Source: an uncultured Trueperaceae bacterium
Lineage (GTDB): Bacteria; Deinococcota; Deinococci; Deinococcales; Trueperaceae
DNA length: 64,000 nucleotides
NCBI GenBank assembly: GCA_963799485.1
Contig: CAWCXJ010000005.1
Coordinates: 132,309 to 196,308, forward strand
Reading direction: 5' to 3'
A program made the translations under genes and the position numbers. Numbering within the stretch: the stretch's first letter is position 1; every line of letters begins with the position of its first letter. Of this stretch, positions 1 through 8,005 are shown piece by piece. Below the pieces are notes generated by a model. The model was not told the origin of the DNA, searched no databases, and was given only the letters and a program-made list of their open reading frames with translations.

Positions 1-1
1 T

Positions 2-289
2 GACAGCAACGAAAATCTGTATGTTGCGGGTTCAGTCTTCTCACAAGATAATGGTTCAGACCCGGATTTGTTCATTAGCAAATACACGACAAACGGAAAA
101 CTGAGTTGGAACTACGCGCCGAGACGTAAAAGCGCGGCAGAGAATGTATTCGGCGTTTCTGCAAATGATCGCAGGCGTATTTACATTGCCGGATATACAA
201 CAGGTAAGGTCAACGGCAAAAATTCGGGGGGCGCTGATGCCTTCTTAATGAGGATTGGTGATAAAGGTCAAGAAGTCTGGGAGCGCTAA
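2..289 (+). CDS. 3' end of a beta-propeller (SBBP-type repeat) protein; 5' end lies outside the window
   Basis: Frame 2 is open from base 2 (DSNENLYVAGSVF...DLFISKYTTNGKLSW...IYIAGYTTGKVNG...GGADAFLMRI). The recurring LYVAG / IYIAGYT / DAF pattern is typical of SBBP repeats. Stop TAA at 287-289. Confidence 0.5.
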   Translation, partial: DSNENLYVAGSVFSQDNGSDPDLFISKYTTNGKLSWNYAPRRKSAAENVFGVSANDRRRIYIAGYTTGKVNGKNSGGADAFLMRIGDKGQEVWER

Positions 290-307
290 CCAGCCTCGCT
301 AAACAAG

Positions 308-337
308 AAGCTCCGGCGAAAACCGGAGCTTTTTTTA
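308..337. terminator. Hairpin terminator between convergent genes
   Basis: aagctccgg-cgaaaa-ccggagctt followed by a T6 run; overlaps the guaA stop codon (335-337). Confidence 0.6.
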
Positions 338-1864
338 TTCCCACTCGATTGTCGCCGGTGGTTTGCTGGTGATGTCGTACACCACCCGGTTCACCGTCGG
401 CACACTGTTGACAATCCGGTTGGAAACCGTCGCTAAAAAGTCGTGTGGCAAGCGCGTCCAGTCGGCGGTCATGCCGTCGGACGAAGACACGGCCCGGAGC
501 GCGACGGTGTTGGCGTAGGTGCGTTGGTCGCCCATGACGCCGACCGACATGATGGGGGTCAGGATAGCTAGAGCCTGCCAGGTGCTGTCGTAGAGTCCAA
601 ATTCGCGCAGCGCCGAGATAAAGATGTCGTCAACGCGCCGTAAAACCTCGAGCCGTTCCGGGGTCACCTCACCCAGGCAGCGCAGCGCGAGCCCCGGCCC
701 CGGAAACGGATGACGCCCCGATAAAGCGGGCGGCAAACCCAAAAGCGCAGCGAGTTCGCGTACCTCGTCTTTGAAGAGCGTGCGGAAGGGCTCGATCAGC
801 TTGAACTGCATATTTGCCGGTAGGCCGCCGACGTTGTGGTGCGATTTGATGTTGGCTGCGCCGTGTCCGCCCGCCGATTCGATCACGTCCGGGTAGAGCG
901 TGCCTTGCGCCAGAAAGCGAATCCGGCCTTCGGCCTGCTTTTTCCTGACTACCGAATCGAAGACCTCGATAAATTCGCGCCCGATGATCTTGCGTTTTTG
1001 TTCGGGGTCTTCAACGCCTCTGAGCGCTTCTAAAAATGTCTCGGACGCATCAATGACGCTCAGGTTCATACCGACGCCGCGCAGCGCCTTTTCGACCTCT
1101 TGGGCCTCGCCGGTACGCAGCAGGCCGTGATCGACAAACACCGCTTGCAACTTGTCGCCGAGGGCGCGGTTGAGGAGCAGCCCTAAGGTGCTCGAGTCCA
1201 CTCCGCCCGAAATCGCTAACAGCACCCGTTCGTCTTTGACCTGCGCTTTGACCTCACGGGTGAGGGACTCGAGGATTTGCTCCGGCGTCCAGTCGCGCGG
1301 GATCCCGGTGCGGCGCAGGAAATTCTCCAGCAGCGTGCGGCCCTTGGGCGTGTGCTGCACCTCCGGGTGAAACTGCATACAGTAAATCCCCCGCACCGGG
1401 TTTTCCATCGCCGCAATTTCGGTGTCGCGGGTGCCGGCGACCACTTCGAAGCCTTGCGGCAAACGCATCACCGAGTCGCCGTGACTCATCCACGCCGTAA
1501 ACTCACCCTCGACGCCGCTAAACAGCTCGCCCCGGTAGCCTGAAAGCTGCGCCTTGCCGTACTCGCGTACCCGGCTCGCCGTGACTTTGCCGCCCGCGGC
1601 CTGCGCGACGAGCTGCATCCCGTAACAGATGGCGAAAATAGGCAAGCGCGCCTCCAGGAGCCCGTGGGGAAGAACGGGCGCACCTTCGTCGTAAACGCTG
1701 CCGGGGCCGCCGGACAAGATGACGCCCCTGGGGTCTTGCGCCAAAATCTCGTCAAGCGTCGCGTCGGCCCCCAAAATGACCGAGAAGGCGCTTAGTTCGC
1801 GGAGCCGCCGCGCGATGAGGCGCGTGTACTGGGAGCCGTAGTCGAGTACGACGATACTAGCCAT
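335..1864 (-). CDS. guaA: GMP synthase (glutamine-hydrolysing)
   Basis: Full-length match in character to GuaA: N-terminal GATase ([28 protein letters not shown]), ATP-PPase SGGVDSS loop, C-terminal ...[10 protein letters not shown] chose the ATG at 1864 ([14 protein letters not shown]) over the TTG at 1888 in the track. Confidence 0.95.
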   Translation of the reverse strand: MASIVVLDYGSQYTRLIARRLRELSAFSVILGADATLDEILAQDPRGVILSGGPGSVYDEGAPVLPHGLLEARLPIFAICYGMQLVAQAAGGKVTASRVREYGKAQLSGYRGELFSGVEGEFTAWMSHGDSVMRLPQGFEVVAGTRDTEIAAMENPVRGIYCMQFHPEVQHTPKGRTLLENFLRRTGIPRDWTPEQILESLTREVKAQVKDERVLLAISGGVDSSTLGLLLNRALGDKLQAVFVDHGLLRTGEAQEVEKALRGVGMNLSVIDASETFLEALRGVEDPEQKRKIIGREFIEVFDSVVRKKQAEGRIRFLAQGTLYPDVIESAGGHGAANIKSHHNVGGLPANMQFKLIEPFRTLFKDEVRELAALLGLPPALSGRHPFPGPGLALRCLGEVTPERLEVLRRVDDIFISALREFGLYDSTWQALAILTPIMSVGVMGDQRTYANTVALRAVSSSDGMTADWTRLPHDFLATVSNRIVNSVPTVNRVVYDITSKPPATIEWE

Positions 1865-1919
1865 GAAGTCCTTTCGCGTGTGCGGCAAGTTGAACTGTTT
1901 TTTGAACCCTTGTCACGCG

Positions 1920-3383
1920 TTAGATAAACTGGAGTACGAGCAGTACCAGCAGGGCAATGCCGAGCAGCGTCAAGAGAAGAACCCGTCGCCCGCCCCGGTA
2001 AAGTGTCGGATCGGGGGCGCGGTCGTCGATGTCGTCGATGACCTCGAAGTCGTCGGGGTCGTCGCGCTGCTCGTCGCGCCTGCGGCTCGAGTCCTTTTCG
2101 GTGCGCGCCGTACCGGCTGCGTTCGGGATAGGCTGAACCCGGACTCGAGGGGGTAGCGGCGCAGGTTCGGTCGCCTGGGTCGGCTGCCGCGTAACCGTCT
2201 GTGTAACCCTGGTTTGTGTGGTGGGTAGTACGGCGGGCGCGGGCGGTTTTGCCGCTGCAACGTCGCTACCTTCACTACCTTTAGCGCCGTGTTTGGCGTT
2301 GTGCGCCGCTAGACGTATTTTATAGGCTTCGGTCGCGTCGAGCTGTCTGAGCAGGTCGGTTGAACGTTGAGCTTCGGGTGTGCCCGGTAGCGACCGCACG
2401 CTACTTACAGACACATTACTTACAGACACATTCGTAAGTGGGCTCGAGGGTGTCGGGGTTTCCGGTGTAGGCTCCCGCTGAGCGGGCTCAGGCACGAGTT
2501 TTTCTGCCGTCTCCCGTCCCGGTGATTGCGCTGTTTGCTGCCGCCGATATTCTTTGAGCTTAAAGGTTTTGGGGGGCAGCGTGAGGTTGCTTAGGTCGTC
2601 GCTCAAACCGTCTCGTTCTGCGCCCGGGTCGTCTTCAGCGTCGTCTTCGGCAAAGCGTTCGAACGCCGAGGTGTCGCGGTGCGCCTGCGGGTTTGGTTTC
2701 GGAACGCTGCCGCTAAAGGGATAGCGCTCTAGGGCGGCGCGCAACTCGTGGGCGTGGGGCCGCGCGCCCGGATCGGCGTTTAGGCAGCGGTCGAGAAGGT
2801 CGCGCAGGTCGCCGGGAAGTGGCCCGGAAAGGTGTTTGACCGTCCGCGCCCACGAGAAGATGTCGCCGGCAAACGACGGGCCGCTGATGCGTTCGGGCGC
2901 GCTGAATTCGCTCGGGCGTACCGGCCACGGCACCCCGTAGCCCTCGAGTACAAACCTGCCCGACTTGCCCCCCTCACGGTCGAAAAAGATACGCTCCGGG
3001 GACAGGTCGCCGTGAACGACGCCCGCTTTGGCCGCGTCGTCGAGCGCGGCGGCGGTTTGCCGCAAAAGTACCTCGACGAGGGGCGGGGTAACCGCGCCCC
3101 TCGACTTTTTGAATTCGTCCGAAAAAGCGCTGACGACCTCACCTGCGAGCCCGGTAAAGCTCGAGCTTAAAACCGGCGGGATAAAGTCCGATCTAAGCTC
3201 GCTCTCTTTAAGGGTCGGTTCGCCGACAAAACTGTAGAGCCTGACCGGCAAGCCGTTTACCACGTCGCGTCCGGCAAACGTCTGTACGCCGCCGTGTTCG
3301 CCGATCAGTTCACTCGGTTGGTAGCGTTTAGCCATGCAGCTCAGCTTTGGCTCGGCTTGGGGAGCGCTGCAAACATAGAACAC
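1920..3383 (-). CDS. Ser/Thr-kinase-like (probably pseudokinase) protein with a long low-complexity linker and C-terminal membrane anchor
   Basis: Kinase-like N-domain (GEHGGV glycine loop, HGDLSPER at the catalytic-loop position, SAPE). This is followed by about 220 aa of Pro/Thr/Glu/Arg-rich sequence and a single terminal TM (LLLTLLGIALLVLLVLQFI). An alternative start ATG lies at 3335 (MAKRYQPSEL). Confidence 0.7.
   Translation of the reverse strand: MFYVCSAPQAEPKLSCMAKRYQPSELIGEHGGVQTFAGRDVVNGLPVRLYSFVGEPTLKESELRSDFIPPVLSSSFTGLAGEVVSAFSDEFKKSRGAVTPPLVEVLLRQTAAALDDAAKAGVVHGDLSPERIFFDREGGKSGRFVLEGYGVPWPVRPSEFSAPERISGPSFAGDIFSWARTVKHLSGPLPGDLRDLLDRCLNADPGARPHAHELRAALERYPFSGSVPKPNPQAHRDTSAFERFAEDDAEDDPGAERDGLSDDLSNLTLPPKTFKLKEYRRQQTAQSPGRETAEKLVPEPAQREPTPETPTPSSPLTNVSVSNVSVSSVRSLPGTPEAQRSTDLLRQLDATEAYKIRLAAHNAKHGAKGSEGSDVAAAKPPAPAVLPTTQTRVTQTVTRQPTQATEPAPLPPRVRVQPIPNAAGTARTEKDSSRRRDEQRDDPDDFEVIDDIDDRAPDPTLYRGGRRVLLLTLLGIALLVLLVLQFI
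2403..2432. repeat. 15-bp perfect tandem duplication inside the kinase-like gene
   Basis: acttacagacacatt x2 (2403-2417, 2418-2432); encodes the NVSVS-NVSVS repeat; AT-rich patch in a GC-rich gene. Confidence 0.85.
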
Positions 3384-3504
3384 ATCTCACCCGCCTAGTA
3401 TAGCCCTAACCTGCCCTGCTCCGACCATGAACCTTTGCGCGCGTCAAACCCGGCAGGTGTTCTGAACCCTTGTGAGCGCAAGGCGAAAGAGTTAGCGTAA
3501 CCTC

Positions 3505-4560
3505 ATGGCAGAGATTACCGAAAAAGCGCTTTTGGATGCGCTCCGCACCGTAGACGACCCCGAGCTGCACCGCGACCTGGTAAGCCTCGGGATGATCAAA
3601 CAGCTGGATTTCGACGGGAGTTCGGTAACGCTGACCGTCAACCTGACGACCCCGGCGTGTCCGATGAAAGCGCAGATCGAACGCGACGTGAGAACCGCGC
3701 TCGCCCGTGTTCCCGGCGTCGAGCAGGTCAACTTGTCGTTCGACGCGCAGGTCAGGGCTTCCTCGCAAAAAGAACTCCCCGGCATCAAAAACGTCATTGC
3801 CGTCGGATCGGGTAAAGGCGGCGTCGGTAAATCGACGGTCGCCGCAAACCTGGCCGCGAGTCTGGCTTTGGAGGGCGCGGCAGTCGGTCTTCTGGACGCC
3901 GACATTTACGGCCCGAGTCAGGCCAAGATGTTCGCCGTCGAGGGCAAGCGCCTGATGGCGGACGACGAAAAACGCATCTTGCCTTTGCGCAACTACGGCG
4001 TCAAGGTGATTTCGATTGCCAACCTGGTCGAAGACGGGCAAGCCTTGACCTGGCGCGGCCCGATTTTGCACGGTACCCTGACGCAGCTCCTTAAACAAAC
4101 CGTCTGGGGTGAGCTCGATTATCTCATCGTCGATTTGCCCCCCGGTACCGGCGACGTGCAGCTTTCGCTGGCACAACTCGTACCGCTGACCGGCGCAGTC
4201 GTTGTCACCACGCCGCAAGATGTCGCGTTGTTGGACGTGCGCCGCGCCTATACGATGCTCCGCAAAACGCACGTACCGGTTTTGGGCGTGATCGAAAATA
4301 TGTCGTATTACGAACTACCCGACGGCAGCCGCGATTACATCTTCGGCGAGGGCGGCGCAGCCAAATTTGCCGAGGCTGAGCGGCTCGCGCTGCTGGGTCA
4401 GATTCCGATTACGCGGGCGATGCGTGAAGCGGGCGACGCCGGGAAACCGCTCGTGGTCTCTTCACCTGAGAGTCCGGACGCACAGGCGCTGCGTAAAGCC
4501 GCACGTATTTTAGCCGGTCAAATCAGTATTCAGAACCTAAACGCGCTGCCTGTTCTCTAG
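3505..4560 (+). CDS. apbC: Fe-S cluster carrier ATPase, Mrp/ApbC/NBP35 family
   Basis: N-terminal DUF59-like segment (DPELHRDLVSLGMI), deviant Walker A GKGGVGKST, and the usual length for the family (351 aa). Confidence 0.9.
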   Translation: MAEITEKALLDALRTVDDPELHRDLVSLGMIKQLDFDGSSVTLTVNLTTPACPMKAQIERDVRTALARVPGVEQVNLSFDAQVRASSQKELPGIKNVIAVGSGKGGVGKSTVAANLAASLALEGAAVGLLDADIYGPSQAKMFAVEGKRLMADDEKRILPLRNYGVKVISIANLVEDGQALTWRGPILHGTLTQLLKQTVWGELDYLIVDLPPGTGDVQLSLAQLVPLTGAVVVTTPQDVALLDVRRAYTMLRKTHVPVLGVIENMSYYELPDGSRDYIFGEGGAAKFAEAERLALLGQIPITRAMREAGDAGKPLVVSSPESPDAQALRKAARILAGQISIQNLNALPVL

Positions 4561-4599
4561 CTTGCCCGTCTAGCTTACAAGGTATACAGTCTGCTATAC

Positions 4600-4900
4600 T
4601 TCGGGAGCGTTGAGCGGGAAGAGTAACCCGGCGATGCCCGACAGAGAACCCAGGTGACGCGCTGAGAGCCTGGGCCGGGAGCCGTGTGAACGTCGCCCGT
4701 GAGCAGGGGAAGAAAGACGTTATTCGTGTCTGAGTAACGTTTATTAGACCCCCCGGTGGCTGCCCGTTTGCAGTCTGAATGAAGTGCTTAGAGGTATCAT
4801 CTCTAACGGATACTTTTAAGAAATGCGGTGGTACCGCGGGGTTCGCCTCGTCCGCAAAGCCCACATTTACGCTTGGGCCACATGCGGAGGAGGTTTTTTT
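4600..4900 (+). promoter_or_regulatory. T-box leader (tRNA-sensing riboswitch) with intrinsic terminator, upstream of valS
   Basis: Stem I elements: GAGCGGGAAGAGTAA (K-turn/AGTA), AGAGA at 4643-4647, and distal GGTGA...TGAGAG. The specifier-loop context GAAC-GTC-G...GTGAGCA gives a candidate Val codon GTC at 4692-4694 followed by a purine. The T-box sequence AAATGCGGTGGTACCGCG is at 4821-4838. The terminator arms are cctcgtccgca (4846-4856) and tgcggaggagg (4883-4893), followed by T7 (4894-4900). Confidence 0.8.
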
Positions 4901-5107
4901 GTGGCGACTCAACCATCAGCCGGTACCAACAAAGACGAGTTCGGTGAACTGTACAGGCTCGAGCACACCCGATCGTTCACCCCGAAGAGAACAGGGCGCG
5001 AGGTTTTTGCATAGATATGCGCTCGTTTACTATAACTTTTAAGCGCCTACGGCTAAGACATCAGTCAGTCCCGCTTTTTACTCATTTCGAGATTAAGGAA
5101 GTTTGAC

Positions 5108-7732
5108 ATGCCCGAACTCGCCAAACAGTACGACCCTTCAAGCGTAGAAGGAAAATGGGTCAAACGCTGGGCTGAAACGCCCTTTACGGCAGATGCACAG
5201 AGCGAAAAACCCCCCTTTTGCATCGTCATTCCGCCGCCGAACGTGACGGGCAATTTGCACCTCGGTCACGCCTTCGACAATACGCTTATCGACACCCTGA
5301 TCCGTTTCAAGCGGATGAACGGCTTTGAAGCGCTGTTTCAACCCGGTACCGACCACGCGGGTATCTCCACCCAAGTGCAGGTCGAGCGGGCTCTGCGCGC
5401 CGAAGGCAAAACCAAGGAAGACCTGGGCCGTGAGGCGTTTTTAGAGCGCATGTGGGCTTGGAAAGAGCGTTACGGCGATATTATTTTAGGACAGCTTCAG
5501 CGGTTGGGAGTTTCCGCCGACTGGAGCCGTACCCGTTTTACGCTGGATGAAGGCTTGACCAGAGCGGTGCGTAAACAGTTTGTAGAGCTGTATCACCGGG
5601 GGCTCATCTACCGGGGTGAGCGCATCGTCAACTGGGACCCGGAGAGCCGGACGACCTTGAGTGACCTCGAGGTCGACCGCGAAGACCGCCCTGGAGAGCT
5701 CTACACGCTTTCTTACGAACTCGGAAACGGCGGCGCGCTTACGGTTGCGACCGTGCGCCCTGAAACGATCTTCGCCGACGTCGCCTTAGCCGTTCACCCG
5801 GATGACGCGCGCTTTACGCATTTGCACGGACAAAAGGCCCGGATTCCGCTCACCGAACGCTGGATACCGATTATCACCGACGAAGCCGTCGAGATGGATT
5901 TCGGTACGGGCGCGCTCAAGATTACGCCCGCGCACGACCCGACCGACTTTGAAATCGGTGAGCGCCACGGCTTGCCGCACCCGAGCGTGATTGACCTGGA
6001 CGCCAAGCTGACGGGAGAACTCGTGCCCGAAGCTTTTAGAGGGCTGGACAGGTTCGAGGCCAGAACCGCCGTCGTTACTGCTTTGCAAGAAGCCGAGAAC
6101 CTCGTGAACACGCAGGCTTACACGGTTCCGCTCGGGGTGTCGCAACGCACGGGCGTGCCGGTCGAACCGATTCTCTCAACGCAGTGGTTTTTCAAGATGG
6201 GCGAGGTTGCGCCGCGAGTTCTCGCTGCGCTTGGGGCCGGTGAGATGCGCCTTTCCCCCGAGCGCTACACCAAGGTCAACCGCGACTGGCTCCAAAACCT
6301 GCGCGACTGGAACATCTCCCGGCAGCTCTGGTGGGGCCATCAGATTCCGGCGTGGTTTGATGCTGAGGGCAATATCTATGTGCCCGACCCGGAAAGTCCC
6401 GAGCTCGAGCCGCCCGACGACCCGCGTTATGCGGGCATTACGCTGACCCAAGACAGTGATGTGTTCGACACCTGGTTTTCATCGAACCTCTGGCCTTTTT
6501 CAACCCTCGGCTGGCCCGACTTGGAAGACCCGTTTTTTAGGAAGTTTTACCCGACTTCAGCGCTCGTTACGGGCTACGACATTCTGTTTTTTTGGGTGAC
6601 GAAAATGCAGTTGGCAAGTTATGCGTTACTGGACGAAAAGCCTTTCTCTGACATCGTGCTGCACGGGCTGGTCTTGGACGAACACGGGCAGAAGATGTCG
6701 AAATCGAAGGGCAACGGGATCGATCCCTTGACCGTGATGGACGCGTTCGGTGCGGACGCGCTGCGGTTTGCGGTGGCGCATACCTCCACAGGCGGGCAAG
6801 ACATCCGCTGGGACGCGCGCCGCGTCGAGATGGGCCGTAACTTCAACAACAAGCTCTGGAACGCAGCGCGGTTTGCGATGCTGAATTTTGGCGACGCTGT
6901 CCCTCGAAGGGACGCCGTAAAACCTGAAACCCTCGCCGACCGCTGGATTTTAAGCCGGTTGCAGCACGCTACTCAGGAGGTGACGCGGCACCTCGGCGCG
7001 TTCGATTTGGGCGCGGCGACCCGCGCCGCCTACGAGTTCGTCTGGTCGGAGTTTTGCGACTGGTACTTGGAGGCGGCGAAACCGGAGCTGCGCGAAGGCA
7101 ACGCGGTGACCAGAGCGGTTTTGGCTCGCGTCCTAACCGACATCTTGAAGCTGTTGCACCCGCTCATCCCGTTTATTACTTCAGAGCTGTACGAAGCGCT
7201 AGGTTTTGACGAGCAGTTGGGTTGGGCGTCTTGGCCCCAGGTTGACAAGGCGTTTACAGATTCTAGAGTAGAGCACGATTTTTCTCTCTTACAAGCCTCG
7301 GTTACGGAGGTGCGAAATCTAAGAGCGAAGGCAAACGTCCCGTTCTCGCAGAGAATTGACGATCTGCTGGTCAAAGGTGACGTTGCTCGCGTAATCGGTG
7401 AGAACAGAAGGGTTTTTGACAGCCTGGCCAACGCTGGTGTTACCTTTGAGGCAAGTGTAAAGCACACGGATAGTGCCGCCCTCACTTCGGCTTTTACAGG
7501 TGGAGATATAACTGTCCCTCTCGAGGGTCTAGTAGACCTGGACGAGTGGCGGGCAAGGCAGGAAAAACGCCTGAAAGAGCTGCAGAATAACCGTGACAAA
7601 AGTGCTAAAAAGCTGTCAAACGCTAAGTTTGTGCAAAACGCGCCCGCTGCGGTCGTCGAAGAAGAAAAACGTCGCCTTGAAGAAGCCGAAGCGCTGATTG
7701 GGGGGCTCGAGGTCAGCTTGCGTGCGCTTTAG
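5108..7732 (+). CDS. valS: Valine--tRNA ligase
   Basis: 874 aa; HIGH-type motif (PPPNVTGNLHLGHA), KMSKS present (QKMSKSKGN), C-terminal coiled coil; RBS taaggaag upstream of the ATG. Confidence 0.97.
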   Translation: MPELAKQYDPSSVEGKWVKRWAETPFTADAQSEKPPFCIVIPPPNVTGNLHLGHAFDNTLIDTLIRFKRMNGFEALFQPGTDHAGISTQVQVERALRAEGKTKEDLGREAFLERMWAWKERYGDIILGQLQRLGVSADWSRTRFTLDEGLTRAVRKQFVELYHRGLIYRGERIVNWDPESRTTLSDLEVDREDRPGELYTLSYELGNGGALTVATVRPETIFADVALAVHPDDARFTHLHGQKARIPLTERWIPIITDEAVEMDFGTGALKITPAHDPTDFEIGERHGLPHPSVIDLDAKLTGELVPEAFRGLDRFEARTAVVTALQEAENLVNTQAYTVPLGVSQRTGVPVEPILSTQWFFKMGEVAPRVLAALGAGEMRLSPERYTKVNRDWLQNLRDWNISRQLWWGHQIPAWFDAEGNIYVPDPESPELEPPDDPRYAGITLTQDSDVFDTWFSSNLWPFSTLGWPDLEDPFFRKFYPTSALVTGYDILFFWVTKMQLASYALLDEKPFSDIVLHGLVLDEHGQKMSKSKGNGIDPLTVMDAFGADALRFAVAHTSTGGQDIRWDARRVEMGRNFNNKLWNAARFAMLNFGDAVPRRDAVKPETLADRWILSRLQHATQEVTRHLGAFDLGAATRAAYEFVWSEFCDWYLEAAKPELREGNAVTRAVLARVLTDILKLLHPLIPFITSELYEALGFDEQLGWASWPQVDKAFTDSRVEHDFSLLQASVTEVRNLRAKANVPFSQRIDDLLVKGDVARVIGENRRVFDSLANAGVTFEASVKHTDSAALTSAFTGGDITVPLEGLVDLDEWRARQEKRLKELQNNRDKSAKKLSNAKFVQNAPAAVVEEEKRRLEEAEALIGGLEVSLRAL

Positions 7733-7933
7733 CACCTGCCGAGGGTAGAGCAGTAAAAAAGCTACAGCTCGGGTTCGGTGCCGGGGAAGCTCAGCTCGAG
7801 CGCAGCCGTAAGCACCTAAAAGGGTTTAGTTTGCAGCGCCCGAGACCGCCTGTTCAAGCCGACTTGGGGGCATTAGCAAACTTCAAAAAATACCCTCGCC
7901 GGGCGCGTGTTTTGCTCCGGTCGCTGCTCTAAC

Positions 7934-7964
7934 CACAAAAAAGCCTCACCCGTAGGTGAGGCTT
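7934..7964 (-). terminator. Intrinsic terminator of the protease operon
   Basis: aagcctcacc-cgta-ggtgaggctt (7941-7964). Read on the minus strand it is followed by a T-run (plus-strand A-run at 7936-7940). Confidence 0.6.
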
Positions 7965-8005
7965 TGAGAGCTTGGAACCTTGTTCGGCGGAAACCCCATT
8001 CGGCC

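Noticed and set aside
3406-4272. 288-codon ORF antisense to apbC (similar long antisense or alternate-frame ORFs occur at 36472-37272, 36812-37306, 43320-44003, 27427-28197 and 10792-11700).
   Set aside because: These ORFs are Arg/Ala/Gly-rich with no recognisable motifs. Each lies entirely inside a well-supported gene on the other strand or frame. This is the expected artefact of high GC content.
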